Origin: the human T2T-CHM13v2.0 reference genome, Homo sapiens
Assembly (NCBI RefSeq): GCF_009914755.1
Contig: NC_060938.1
Reading direction: 5' to 3' (one strand)
Length of the DNA stretch: 64,000 nt
Shown here in pieces: positions 47,183 through 64,000 of this stretch. The notes under the pieces were generated by a model that had not been told where the DNA came from, made no database searches, and saw only the letters and a list, made by a program, of their open reading frames with translations. Position 1 is the first letter of the stretch, and each line of letters begins with the position of its first letter. The position numbers were made by a program, and so were the translations under genes.

Positions 47183-47568
47183 TGTCTTAGTCCATTTGTG
47201 CTGCTACACTGAATAATTTATAAACAACAGAAATTTATTTCTCACAATTCTCGAAGCTGATAAGTCTAAGATTCAGGCACCAGCAGGATTGGTGTCTGGT
47301 GAGGGCTGCTGTCTCCTTCCAAGATGGCGCCTTATTGCTGCATCCCCTGAAGGGGAGAAACACTGTGTTCTCACCTGATGGAAAGAAAGGAAGGGCAAAA
47401 AGAGCCCAGGCTAGTTCCCTCCAGCCCTTTCATAAAACATGAATCCATTCGTAAAGGCAGAGCCCTCATAACTTAATCACTTTCCAAAAGGCCCCAGCTC
47501 CTAATACCACCACAATGGGGATTAAGTTTCAACATGAATTTTGGAGAGGACACATTCAAACCATAGCA
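47183..47568 (-). mobile_element. MST/MLT1A-like MaLR solo LTR
   Basis: TG...CA termini with perfect 5-bp TSD TGGGC (47178-47182, 47569-47573). Confidence 0.9.
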
Positions 47569-47929
47569 TGGGCTTAGGTTAAGCTGGCAGCCAGCAGCTT
47601 GCAGAGCACCTAAGATGGATGCCAAGCTTTCCAGAAACATTGATCCATAAAGACTCTGAATTTTAACGTTGAACACATACATAATCAAAAACCGAAAAAC
47701 TCTATGAATAATAAAAGCTTCTGAATGCCAGCCTTGTAAGTGGGAAATGAGACTACAATGTAGGACCTTCTAGAAAATCCCTAGTAGCTGCAAACAGAAA
47801 AATCAAGCTACCACCTAAACTGTTCCCCTAGCCACGTGGGTTGAGTCATCACCACCAGTTCCTTATTAAGGAAGAACTAGACATCGACATTGAAACCAGA
47901 TGTGGGGAAGCATTGCTGAAGGTTAAAAG

Positions 47930-48100
47930 GGCACCACTGGAGTCAAAAATCACTGCTCTACTCATAACTCTAGAGTGACCTTGGGGAAGTAACTCTGACT
48001 CTCAAAGTCTGTTTCATTTTCTGAAAAATGTGGAAGATAATAACACCTACCTCATAAAGTTGTTTTAAGGATTCAATGAGGTATAAAGGTGTTCAGCTCC
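47930..48100 (+). mobile_element. MIR
   Basis: GTGACCTTGGGGAAGT...CCTACCTCATAAAGTTGTTTTAAGGATTCAATGAG. Confidence 0.75.
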
Positions 48101-48759
48101 GATAAATAAAAGTGTCAGTAATCCCTGCCAAGAAGACAACAGACTCAGTATGTTTGACGAAAGAAAACTTCAATGCAAAAGCAAAGATAAAAAGGGAGGA
48201 GGTGAGATTCAGAGCCCAAGTGAAAAAAATGTATATTTAGGAGAAAGACGTTTATCCACACCCAGAAAGAAATCCAAGGTCATGTTCAGACATTCACTAA
48301 CTTAAAGAGAAGTTCATTAGGTTATGAAGGCTTGCCAAACTCATAGCGTCTTCTGAGGAAAACCGACCATGCAACCATCCTGTGACAGCTGATTGGACCC
48401 AGGCTATGCCTGGGCCTGCCAATCAAGCCACCAGCTCCCCCAGGAGCAAGGACACAGCAGCAGTGGTGGAGGCCACCTCCGTGATGCTCTGCCTCAGCAG
48501 ATGCATCTGCCATACAACACCCCAGAGCCGAACACACAGATCCTTTGTCTCTTGGGGAGTTTGACTGTGAGACATACAAGGACACTCAGTAACTGTGAGC
48601 AAGGCCACAGGTGGAGAGATACTCAAAGAGAAAGCAGTTCACAGAGCCCAGGAGTATGCGCAATCCCAGACTAAGCTGAAACTCTAAATAATAGCCACAT
48701 TTAAGCAGAAGCAGCCCACTTCCCCGACAGGCGCTTGCTTGCCTTCCTAAAAAGAATGT

Positions 48760-49058
<299 letters not shown>

Positions 49059-49102
49059 AGTGGGAAGCTATTCGGAATCAATAATAGTCAAAGGTTCAAT
49101 CT

Positions 49103-49413
49103 TGCCTTAGTCTGTTATCTCATAGTTCTGGAAGCTGGGAAGTCCAAGATCAAGGAGCTGGCAGATTCAGTATCTGGTGAGAACCCAATTTCTGATTTAT
49201 AAATAAGGCCTTCTAGCTGTGTCCTCACGTGGTAGAAGGGGCAAATGAACTCCCTTGAACCTATTTCATAAGGACACTAGCCGCAGTCACAAGGGCACCA
49301 CCCTCACGACCTACTCACTTCCCAAAGGCCCCACCTCCTAATACCATCACTTTAGGGGCTTAGGATTTCAACATAAGAACTTGGGCTGGGACATAAACAT
49401 TCAGACTATTGCA
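49103..49413 (-). mobile_element. MLT1A-like solo LTR with internal deletion
   Basis: TG...CA termini; TSD AATCT / AATAT; GGAAGTCCAAGATCAAGG motif. Confidence 0.85.
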
Positions 49414-49708
49414 AATATGTTTGATGTCACTGTCTGGTTGCCACTTACATCTCCTGTTCATGTCAATTTAGGCCAACCTCTTTAGATCTTGAAGCATCAT
49501 AGAATTTGACTTTGGGAGTCTAGTACCTCAACAGGCTCAGAAAACAAAAAAAAAGAGCAAACCTCTGCATATGTAAAACAGCATGTCCTAGTGCATGGAG
49601 GTGCCATTCAGTTGATGCTGAGAACCCTTCTCAGTGCTTCTATGTGTGGTAATTCGGTTGGATAATGATGCATGAGTGTATATTTTATCTTTGTTAATCT
49701 TTAAAAAA

Positions 49709-50356
<648 letters not shown>

Positions 50357-50918
50357 ATTAAAGTTTTATATACTTCTATTATTAGGAATATTTGTAACTT
50401 TCTTAAGTAAAAATGTCATAATTTTAAAAGAAGAACCATTTGCCTCTGATTCAATTAGACTAATTCCATTTCTGTTTCTCAGAGAGGCAGGCCCACAGGC
50501 CAGAAGAACAGTGATGAGATTGCATCTCTCACTTCCAGCATTATAAGGAGTCTTACCTAAGGAAGACTGGCTGCATCCTAGGCAGGATAGGCCTGAGGCA
50601 GGTGCCAGTCCAGTCATGTACCACATTGCAATGCACTGAACTGTTTGCAAGTGTGTGAGCAAAGTAGGAGGAAACTAATAAGGGGCGGTACGCTGTGGCC
50701 CCAATAGCCAGAAGCCATTACCACTCAGGCCTAAAAGTATTAAAGAGAATTTATATTCCAAGAAAGGCAATGAGGCAGGAGGACTAAAATGGACTGTGAG
50801 TGAAGGGAAAGCAGGTTGGTTTTGAGTAAGCCAAAGCAATAAGATGAAGAAACTATTAAACAAAGTAGAGGGTGAGGTGATTTGTCTGCAGGAATAGTGG
50901 AACTAGACAGGGAAATGA

Positions 50919-51480
<562 letters not shown>

Positions 51481-52141
51481 TGATTAAAATGAATAGCCAG
51501 AAGCTTCAACAGGAGTGTGTGCTATCAATGTGAAAAACATTTTACTACCTCATTGAGAAAAACAAAAGGCCTAAATAAAAGATTTTCCATGATGGAAGTT
51601 TATAAAGATGTCATTTTTCTCTCAAATTGATCTGTATTACCATGGTTGTAATCAAAATCCCTAAGAGATTTGGAACAAAATTATTCTAAAGATCACCTTA
51701 ACAATAAATACATGAAAATACCAAACAAATATTTAAAAATAAGGAAAGGTGAAAAGAAACTAGCCTTACCAAATTTGAAACACATTCTATAAAGTTGTAA
51801 TCATTGTAAGTATAGACGAGGTACAAGAATCAACAGTTATCCACATATTAACATAATTATTCCAGAAAAGACCCCATTCCATGTAAGAATTGTATACTTT
51901 TTAAAGGAGTCACCCCAAATTATTGAGAAAAATATTTGTAATAGTGTTAGACCTTTGTTGAGGTAAATTATTACTGTAAATTCTCTAGTGATAGCATAAA
52001 CTTAGGTAAATCCAAGGCTAGTCAGAAACTGACAGAACACAGAAGAGTTCTGAGCATGGGCACACTTTCTGAACTAAAAATTGGTAAATTACACCCTGCC
52101 CCCCAAAATTAAAAATAACAGATACCCAACAAACAGATTCA

Positions 52142-52558
<417 letters not shown>

Positions 52559-53438
52559 TCACTAAAATCATTTCCACTAAACCCTAGTTTATGAATGGAC
52601 AAAGGACAGGATCACACTATTTGCCTTGTAATTGATTAAAAAGCGTTAAAAAAAAATGTGAAAAAAATGGTCAACACTTGTCTAGTAATCAAAGAAAAGC
52701 AAGTTGGAAATGAAAGACAGCCATTTGGATCAATTTAGTTAGGCAATACTTTAAATAAATGAAAGTATTTAATGTTGGCAAGCCTCCCTTGTCTCTAGTA
52801 GCTGGGAGTCTAGTTCAGTATAATAAGCATCTTCAAAATAATTCTAAGCATAGAAAATAGATTTTTTTATATATTAAAAAATAGCATACAAAAATATCTC
52901 TAGCAATAGTTTGAACCATCAAAATATCAAATAATAAGGGAATTATTAAGTAAACAATGATATATACACTCAAAAATACTATTAGACTAACTACACTTAT
53001 ATGTTTTTTAATGTCGAATGTTTATGTTACTCATAATACGAAACTGGATACATACCCTATACAATATCTTTTTTAAATACATGGAAAAAGATTGAAAGGA
53101 AACTAATATATATTAAATTAACAGTGATTAACGGGTGCAATGAAAATTTTCCCCTATTTTTATGTCTCTACATTTACCATATGCTCCATAGTTTAAAAAA
53201 ATTTTTTTATCCTATTTTATATTTTTTACAGACAGGGTTTTGCTCTCCCTCTGTCACCCAGGCTGGAGTTTAGTGGTGTGAACATAGTTCACTACATCCT
53301 CAAACTTGAACTCCTGTGCTCAAGTGACCCTCCCACCTCAGCCACCCAAAGCACGGGGATTATAGATGTGAGCCACTTCCACCCAGCTCCAAAAACTATT
53401 TTTCAATAATTATTTTAAGGAAAGAAAGTATGCAGATA

Positions 53439-54937
<1,499 letters not shown>

Positions 54938-55277
54938 TAATATGGCCTCAATCCAGTGTTAATCTGGAGGGCACTCTGAGGTTATCAACTATTGTTTTTT
55001 AAGTACACGAATAATGTTTAAACAAGTGATAAAATTGCTATTACCCTGGAGCAAATGCCCAGAGGAAGTCCAACTTTCTTACATAATTGAATATTAATTT
55101 TATTCAAAAGAATGCATCATTTATAGACTTCAACCCTTTTCTGTAGTATATTCATAATTCAAACTCAGAGAACTAAAATTCAACTTGCCTACCCTTCTCT
55201 ATTTTCACTAAATGTGGTTTTATTGTCCAATCTATAACCCAAACATAAATAGTACTCATAACAAATTATTTGAATGG

Positions 55278-57416
55278 TGATATACTTAGGCTTTGTGTCC
55301 CCACCCAAATCTCATCTTGAATTATAATCCCCAGGTATTGAGGGACAGACTTGGTGAGAGGTGATTGGATCATGGGGGCAGTTTCCCTCATGCTGTTCTC
55401 ATGATAGTGAGGGAGTTCTCGTGAGAGCTGATGGTTTTAAAAGTGTGGCACTTCCTTGATCACTGGCTTTTCTGTCTCCAGCTGCCTGTGAAGAAGGTGC
55501 CTTGCTTCCCCTTTGCCTTCTGCCATAATTGTAGATTTCCTGAGACCTCCCCAGCCTTGGAGAAATGAGTCAATTAAACCTCTATCCTTTATAAATTATC
55601 CAGTCTTGGGCAGTTCTTTACGGCAGTTTGAGAACAGACTAATACAGTAAATTGGTACAACAGAGAGTGGAGTACTGCTATAAAGGTACCTGAAAATGTA
55701 GAAGCAACTTTGGAACTGGGTAACAGGCAGAGGTTGGAACAGTTTGGAGGGCTCAGAAGAAGACAGGAAGATGTGGGAAAGCTTGGAACTTCCTAGAGAC
55801 TTGTTGAATGGTTTTGACCAAAATGCTGATAGTGATATGGACAATGAAGTCTAGGCTGAGGTCTCAGATGGAGATGAGGAACTAATTGGGAGCTGGAGCA
55901 AAGGTCACTCTTGCTATGCTTTAGCAAACAGACTGGTGGTATTTTGCCCCTGCCCTAGAGATCTCTGAAACTTTGAAATTGAGAGAAATGATCTGAAATT
56001 GGAACTTATGTTTAAAAGGGAAGCAGAGCATAAAAGTTTGGAAAATTTGCAGCCTGATGATGCAATAGAAAAGAAAATATCATCTTCTGGGGAGAAATTC
56101 AAGCCAGCTACAAAAATTTGCATAATTAATGAGGAGCTGAATGTTAATTGCCAAGACAATGGGGAAAAAAGTCTACAGGGCATGTCAAAGGTCTTCATGG
56201 CAACCCCTCTCATCACAGGCCCAGAGGTCTAGGAGGAAAAACATGGTTTTGTGGATCAGGCCCAGGGCCTTGCTGCTTTGTGCAGTCTCAGAACCTGGTG
56301 CCCTGCATCCCAGCTGTGGCTAAAGTGGCCAGTGTACAGCTCAGGACATTGCCTTAAAGGTTGCAAGCCCCAAGCCTTGGCAGCTTCCATATGATGTTGA
56401 GCCTGCAGGTGCATGGAAGTCAAGAATTGAGGTTTGGAAACCTCTGCCTAGATTTCAGAGGATATATGGAAATGCCTGGATGTCCAGGCAGACGTTTGCT
56501 GCAGGGGTGGAGCCCTCATGGAGAACCTCTGCTATGGCAATGCAGAAGGGAAATGTGGGGACACTGCCTAGTGGAGATGTGAGATAAGGACCACTGTCCT
56601 CCTGACCCCAGAATGGTAAGTCCACCAACAGCTTCTACTGTGTGCCTGGAAAAGCAAAAAACACTCAGCGCCAGCCCATGAAAGCAGCCGGGAGGGTGCT
56701 GTATCCTGCAAGGCCACAGGGGTGGAGCTGCCCAAGACCATGGGAGCCCACCCTTTGCATCGTCCTGACCTGGATGTGAGACATGGAGTCAAAGGAGACT
56801 ATTTTGGAGCTTTAAGATTGAATGACTGCCCTGTTGGATTTTGGGCTTGCACGGAACCTGTGGCCCCTTTGTTTTGGCCAATTTCTCCCTTTTGGAATAA
56901 GAGCATTTACTCAATGCCTGTACCCCCATTGTAACTTGGCAGTAACTAACTTGTTTTTGGTATTACAGGCTTATAGGTGGAAGGGACTTGCCTTGTCTCA
57001 GACGAGACATTGGACTTGGACTTTTGGGTTAATGCTGGAATGAACTAAGACTTTGGGAGCCTCTTGGGAAGGCATGATTGGTTTTTAAATGTGAAAGGAA
57101 CATGAGATTTGGGAGGGGCCAGGGGCAGAATGATATGGTTAGGCTTTGTGTCCCCACCCAAATCTCATATTAAATTGTAATCCCCAGGTATTGAGGGAGA
57201 GACCTGGTGAGAGGTGACGGGATCATGGAGGCAGTATCCCCCATGCTGTGCTTGTGATAGTGAGGGAGTTCTCATGAGATCAGATGGTTTTAAAGGTGTG
57301 GCACTTCCTTGCTGGCTGGCCTTTCTCTCTCCTGCTGCCTGTGAAGAAGGTGCTTGCTTCCCCTTCACCTTCTGCCGTAATCATAAGTTTCCTGAGGCCT
57401 CCCCAGCCATGGAGAA

Positions 57417-57420
<4 letters not shown>
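55278..57420 (+). mobile_element. THE1 (THE1D-like) MaLR provirus: 5' LTR 55278-55646, internal 55647-57130, truncated 3' LTR 57131-57420
   Basis: Two direct LTR copies starting TGATAT..TTAGGCTTTGTGTCCCCACCCAAATCTCAT; polypurine tract 57111-57130. Confidence 0.93.
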
Positions 57421-58144
<724 letters not shown>

Positions 58145-58198
58145 TAAATATTGCACATTCCGTGTAGTTAGGTCACAAATGAGAAATCATGAGCTTAG

Positions 58199-58953
<755 letters not shown>

Positions 58954-59598
58954 TAAACACACCTGTCCCTCATTCCAAGCAGAGACACTGTTTTCTAAGG
59001 TTGTTCACTAGTGGAATAACCTTGAAAAGATAGTCCAGAAAAGTCTTGGAAAGGCTGACAATGCTTCCACTTGTACAAAAAGTGAGATGTATAGAAAATG
59101 GATATCCATGAAGAATTGTCTCCCAACAGTGAATCAAGGTGGGGGATACAGGGGAGTTCATTACACTATTCTTAGAAATATGATTAATTTTTTTCAAACT
59201 AAAATGTTAAAAAATATATTTATGGAGCTTCTACTATGTGACTGTGACAGGCAATGGATTGCTACAAGGATTAAAAGAAATAATGTATGCAAAGCACTTA
59301 CCAGAGTGGCTGGTATGTAATAAGCACTCAATAAATGGCAGCTGTTTAAAAACAGAAAGAAACCACGGTTTTCCCCCTTTATTTCCGTAAAAACAGAACA
59401 AGTTAGAAATTGTTCACCCCAGACATTAGGCAATGACAATTTTCCGAGGTAAATTAGGATGACTAACATCCTTGAATAACAGGCTTAAAAAAACAGTCTA
59501 AGATCGGAAAATATGATGGGTGGGTAAAGTATCACCTTAATGTTGAGGGATCTGACATATTACCAGAAATCAATACTGGATTTAAAAAAGCAACATCT

Positions 59599-59910
<312 letters not shown>

Positions 59911-61060
59911 AAAAACAAACAAACATAATTTCCAACCCAAGGGTGACACCAGCCTGGGAGTACAGGCTAGCTTCACACTTATTTATAGCCTGAAGAGTTA
60001 GTTAGGTCTTTAGAGCCACTATCCATTTGAGTTTGGAAATTGACCTATCATTGAAAGCTTTGATACTTTTGGCAAAATATGAAGTATTGTCGATATATAC
60101 AGGATTTGTCCCATATCAGTCAGAATCCCACAAGAAAAACAGAAACTACTCTATTAATTTAAAACATGGAATTTAACACAGAGAATTAGCAAGTAATGGA
60201 AGAGCTGAGACCCCAAAGACAGATGAACAGTAATAAGTAACCACCATCCCTAGGAAGAGACAGAATGATTAGAACCCAGGAGCCAAGGTCTCCCATAGGA
60301 AGCTGGAACCACAGTGCGTCTAGTCAGGGTAGGGTGAGCTGGAACCACTGAAGAAATGCAACCTATGTCGGAGAAAGGAACAATGTGGGGAATATTGTGA
60401 CATCTCCCTTCCTCCCGCTCCCACCTCCCATTGGCTGAAGCCAACTAATAAAAAAGTCCAGTAACTGCCGCCTCCCTACTTTCTCCAAATGTAGTCTCTG
60501 GAGAAATTAAACTAGAGAGGTTCTGAATTGAAATACACCAGGTATAGAGATGGGTGGAGATGAGATTCAAGACTGAAAACAGGGTGATTAAACGAAAGTC
60601 CCTATATTGAGCTGGGAAACTCTGCTCTCTTCCTCTTCCTGTTCCTTCCCAATGCTAGCAGATATATGCTCTAATCAGACATGAAAATGGACAGAGGCCT
60701 CATGCTGGTAGTTAGGGGTCCCCATTGCAAAGTCAATTTCTTGCCCGATCACCCTGCAAAGAAGCAGACTACCCAACAGAGACTCACACACAGATTCTAA
60801 TTAACCTTTCGATTTAGTCCATAGAGCTCAAATCCAAATGGATTGCCAAGCATAACCAGATGTTTAAGGAAAAGCACGTCCAACATGGAAGGGAGAGACC
60901 AAAACAAACAAAACACAAGACACTTTGCCCAAGCAGAAATCATAAGTAAATGCTAAACCCAGCGAGAGAAATACTGTGTATGTGAAATCAGACAGGATGC
61001 TATGGAAAAGACACAATCCGGGAACAAGCAAAAGATCTTGTAAATTTAAACTGTGATGAC

Positions 61061-61908
61061 TTTCTTACTTAGCATATAAACTTCCGTACCTGCACATTCA
61101 TCTTTAGGAACAAATTTTCAGCAAAGAAATTTTTTAAATGCTTCTTTTTTCCTTTCCTTTTCTTTTTTCTTTGCTCCCTCCCATCCTCTCTCTTTATGTG
61201 GATGTAAATCGTTGCATTTATGACTATATCTCTGAGAAGCAATGAAGTATTGGTTTTCTCAGGATTTTAAAAATATGATATGGATTTTATGTTTTTTAAT
61301 ACCAGTGTACTAACGCACAATCTTTTATTTGTCTTGGCAGTTTATATTTTCATTTACTATTTTAAAATTAAATGTTTTAACAATTCTTGCCCTTAAAAAT
61401 TCTTTGCTGAAGAAATTTTACTTTATTCACATCAAAGTTCTATCATTTTATATTATATTTGATTGTACTTGTATAAATGGACCTTTATTTGAAGTGTCTT
61501 ATAAACAGTGCTTCCAATTAATTGATAGAAATGGATGTAAAGACATGTAGCAAAAAATGCTTTATTTGTATGATAAGTGTCTTTCTAACATCTCTTATAC
61601 AATTTAAATCAAGTAGAAAAACTATTTTAATAATTTTAAACTAAAAATTTGTTAATAATTTAAAATATTTCCATTTTTATAAAAAGAAAGGAATTTAAGG
61701 ACATATAGTAGTATCTTTTAAAATGTATTTATAAAGTATTTAAGTTTTGAGATTCTGTTAGTTGCCTATTCCAAGATAAATTTCCTTTCTTTAAATATAG
61801 ATAAGCATTTTTAAAAATATTTTATGGCTATAAAGAAATTTTAAGTATTTTCTTTGCTCAGTTTAACACTGTTAGTTCTTATCAATAAAAATTATATGGC
61901 TTTAAAAA
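61061..61908 (+). pseudogene. Candidate retroposed mRNA 3'UTR fragment, parent unidentified
   Basis: T-rich 3'UTR-like block interrupting A-rich L1; AATAAA at 61884-61889 followed about 15 nt later by an A run. Confidence 0.4.
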
Positions 61909-62289
61909 CTAACTAAAATTTTTAAATAAACAGGGAGATCAGTAGAGAAAGTTAAAGAAAATCTCTCAGAATAAGAACAAAAGAGTTCAACAATAGAAAA
62001 GATAAGAAAATCAGAGAATCAAATCCAGTGGTCCAAAATCCAAAACAATAAGAGCTCTAGAAAGAGAGAGCAATAACATGGAAGTTATCAAGTAAATAAT
62101 AGAAAAAAATTTCTTGAACTGAAATATATGAATCTTCAGATTCCAATAGTCCATCAAATATCTAGCACAATGAATAAAACCAGATCCACACCAAGTCTCA
62201 TCAGAGACATTTCAGAATACTAGCAATAAGGAAAAGATGTCAAAAGCTTCCAGAGAGGAGAAGAAAAAAAGGCAACTTACAAAAGCACT

Positions 62290-62603
62290 GGGCTGGGCAC
62301 GGTGGCTCATGCCTGTAATCCCAGCACTTTGGAGGGTCGAGATAGGCAGATTGTGTGAGCCCAGGAGCTCGAGACCAGCCTGGACAACGTGGTGAAACTC
62401 CATCTCCATAAAAATTAGAAGAATTAGCCAGCTCTGGTGGTGTGCACCTGTAGTGCCAGCTACTCAGGAGGCTGAGGTGGGAGGATTGCTTGAGCCTGGG
62501 GAGGTCAAGGCTGCAGTGAGCCGTGATTGCACCACTACACTCCAGCCTGGGCAACAAAGTGAGACCTTGTCTTTAAAAAAACAAACAACAACAACAACAA
62601 AAA
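62290..62603 (+). mobile_element. AluJ
   Basis: Alu dimer, (CAA)n tail, TSD AAAAG(C/A)ACTGG. Confidence 0.92.
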
Positions 62604-64000
62604 GAACTGGAGTAAGATTTCTGGCATCAGATTCCTTAACAGCATATGGCAAGCTAAGCAGGAAGAGCAATACCTTTAACAATTCCAAGGGAAAATGATT
62701 TCCACTCTAGAATTTAATACCCAGGGATGAGATGATACAATCACTCAAATTAGGATAATCTGAGGAGGATTTGATAATGGGCTATCTCAAAAAGTGAGAA
62801 AATACTGCCGAACTCAAAGGCTAGCAACAGCAGAGCTGTTACCATCACTAGACCCAAGAAAAGATGGGAAGTAGTGGCTCCCAGGATTCAGAAGGAACAG
62901 ATCATGAAAGAGGGCTGTCTTGAGTGGAGGAGTGACTTTCAATAGAGAGCTGTGGTCAGCCAAGGAGGCCCTAATAGAGTGATTGATGGAATAATTATCC
63001 TGTCCTCACTCTCCCTCTGCCCTAGAGATTGGCTGAACTCAAGCAGCAGCCAGATGGCAAGATAACCAGAGTAACAGAGTCGCTAAAGCTCAGCCTCCTG
63101 GGAGCAGAAACCAGAGTGGAGAAGGGCAGAAAGCGGTTCTAGACAGGCAAAACAAAAATATCCAGCACACCGGCCAAACCACCAGCCGGTTCTGAGTATG
63201 AAGGAAAAACATTTCAGAAATATGAAAGCTCACCTCTCATGTACCAAGAACTTCAGCAGAATTAGTTAATATGATAAAGAATACATGGAATCCAACCAAG
63301 GGGCTCAAACTAAGAAAGCAAGTGAGGGAACCTTCAGGACGACAACTGTGTCTCTTGCCTAGAGAGCAATTCATCCAGATTTTAGAAGAAGGATGGAAGG
63401 TGAGAAAGCAAAGCTCCAAGTTGAATAAATGAACTGACAGATGATCATATGCACTGAAGTACTGGTAAAATTTGGTAGGCATTTGACAAATATTTTGCAG
63501 TATTTGGAAAGAAATAGCAATGAATACATAGAAAACTAAAATGAGAAAAAAATTATTAATCCAAGTAAAACAAAAATTGTAGAGAGAATAATCATGTATA
63601 GAGAAAAACCATGAAAAGCCATCCAGAGATCGATCCAAAAAATAATCTCTAGGAAAGACCCATCATTTGGATACTTGCCCCACTTTTGGAACTTATGGCT
63701 AGTGTTAGAAAGCAATAGCATCCAAAGAATAGCAACCTTCTTTCCAGCAACATGTGTATGCTTACATAATCTTTAACCTGTTTCCTTCCTCTCCTCCCCA
63801 ACACCAAGGGGATAAGAACATGGCAGTACAAGAGAGCAGGGCATGAGGACATGGGCTTCCCCAGCCCCTTCACCCAGAGCTAAAAGTTTAGCCTGTGCTG
63901 AGGAAAGAGGTTTCAGTCAAATATGAGACTGAATTTTTAAAATGAACAGAAGTGAATTTTAGTAACAGAAAAGGCACTTTTAAAAACCGAATGACTGGAA

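Larger units (their letters stand above)
60800..64000 (+). mobile_element. Highly degenerate old L1M 5'/ORF1 region with nested insertions
   Basis: A-rich ORF1-like motifs (AAAGCTTCCAGAGAG, GGCATCAGATTCCTTAACAGCA, GGAAAATGATTTCCACTCTAGAATT). Confidence 0.55.

Noticed and set aside
55914-57043. ORFs inside the THE1 internal region
   Set aside because: Short broken remnants of the MaLR internal frame

Overview
Human (or near-identical great-ape) genomic DNA from the CDKN3-CNIH1 locus (14q22 from recalled knowledge). The + strand carries CDKN3/KAP coding exons 4-8 (exons 1-3 lie left of the window), including the HCYGGLGRS phosphatase loop. The - strand carries the complete 5-exon CNIH1 gene (144 aa) with a CpG-island promoter at about 38.0-38.7 kb and a long 3'UTR with several poly(A) signals. 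The two genes converge about 3.3 kb apart. The rest is repeat-dense: an antisense L1PA with intact 5' end in CDKN3 intron 3, about 30 Alus, a full solo LTR12C about 1.5 kb upstream of CNIH1, a THE1 MaLR provirus, MST/MLT LTRs, Tigger/hAT fossils, MIR/L2 and old L1s. I see no clear new gene system. The best leads, all hypotheses: (i) an L1 ORF0-like frame with a splice donor in phase with CDKN3 exon 4; (ii) three fold-back inverted duplications in the first 8 kb, including a 49-bp-arm hairpin; (iii) an overlapping uORF in CNIH1; (iv) the LTR12C; (v) an unidentified retroposed 3'UTR-like insert near 61-62 kb. Exon coordinates were read by hand. Repeat boundaries are approximate and subfamily names come from memory of consensus sequences.
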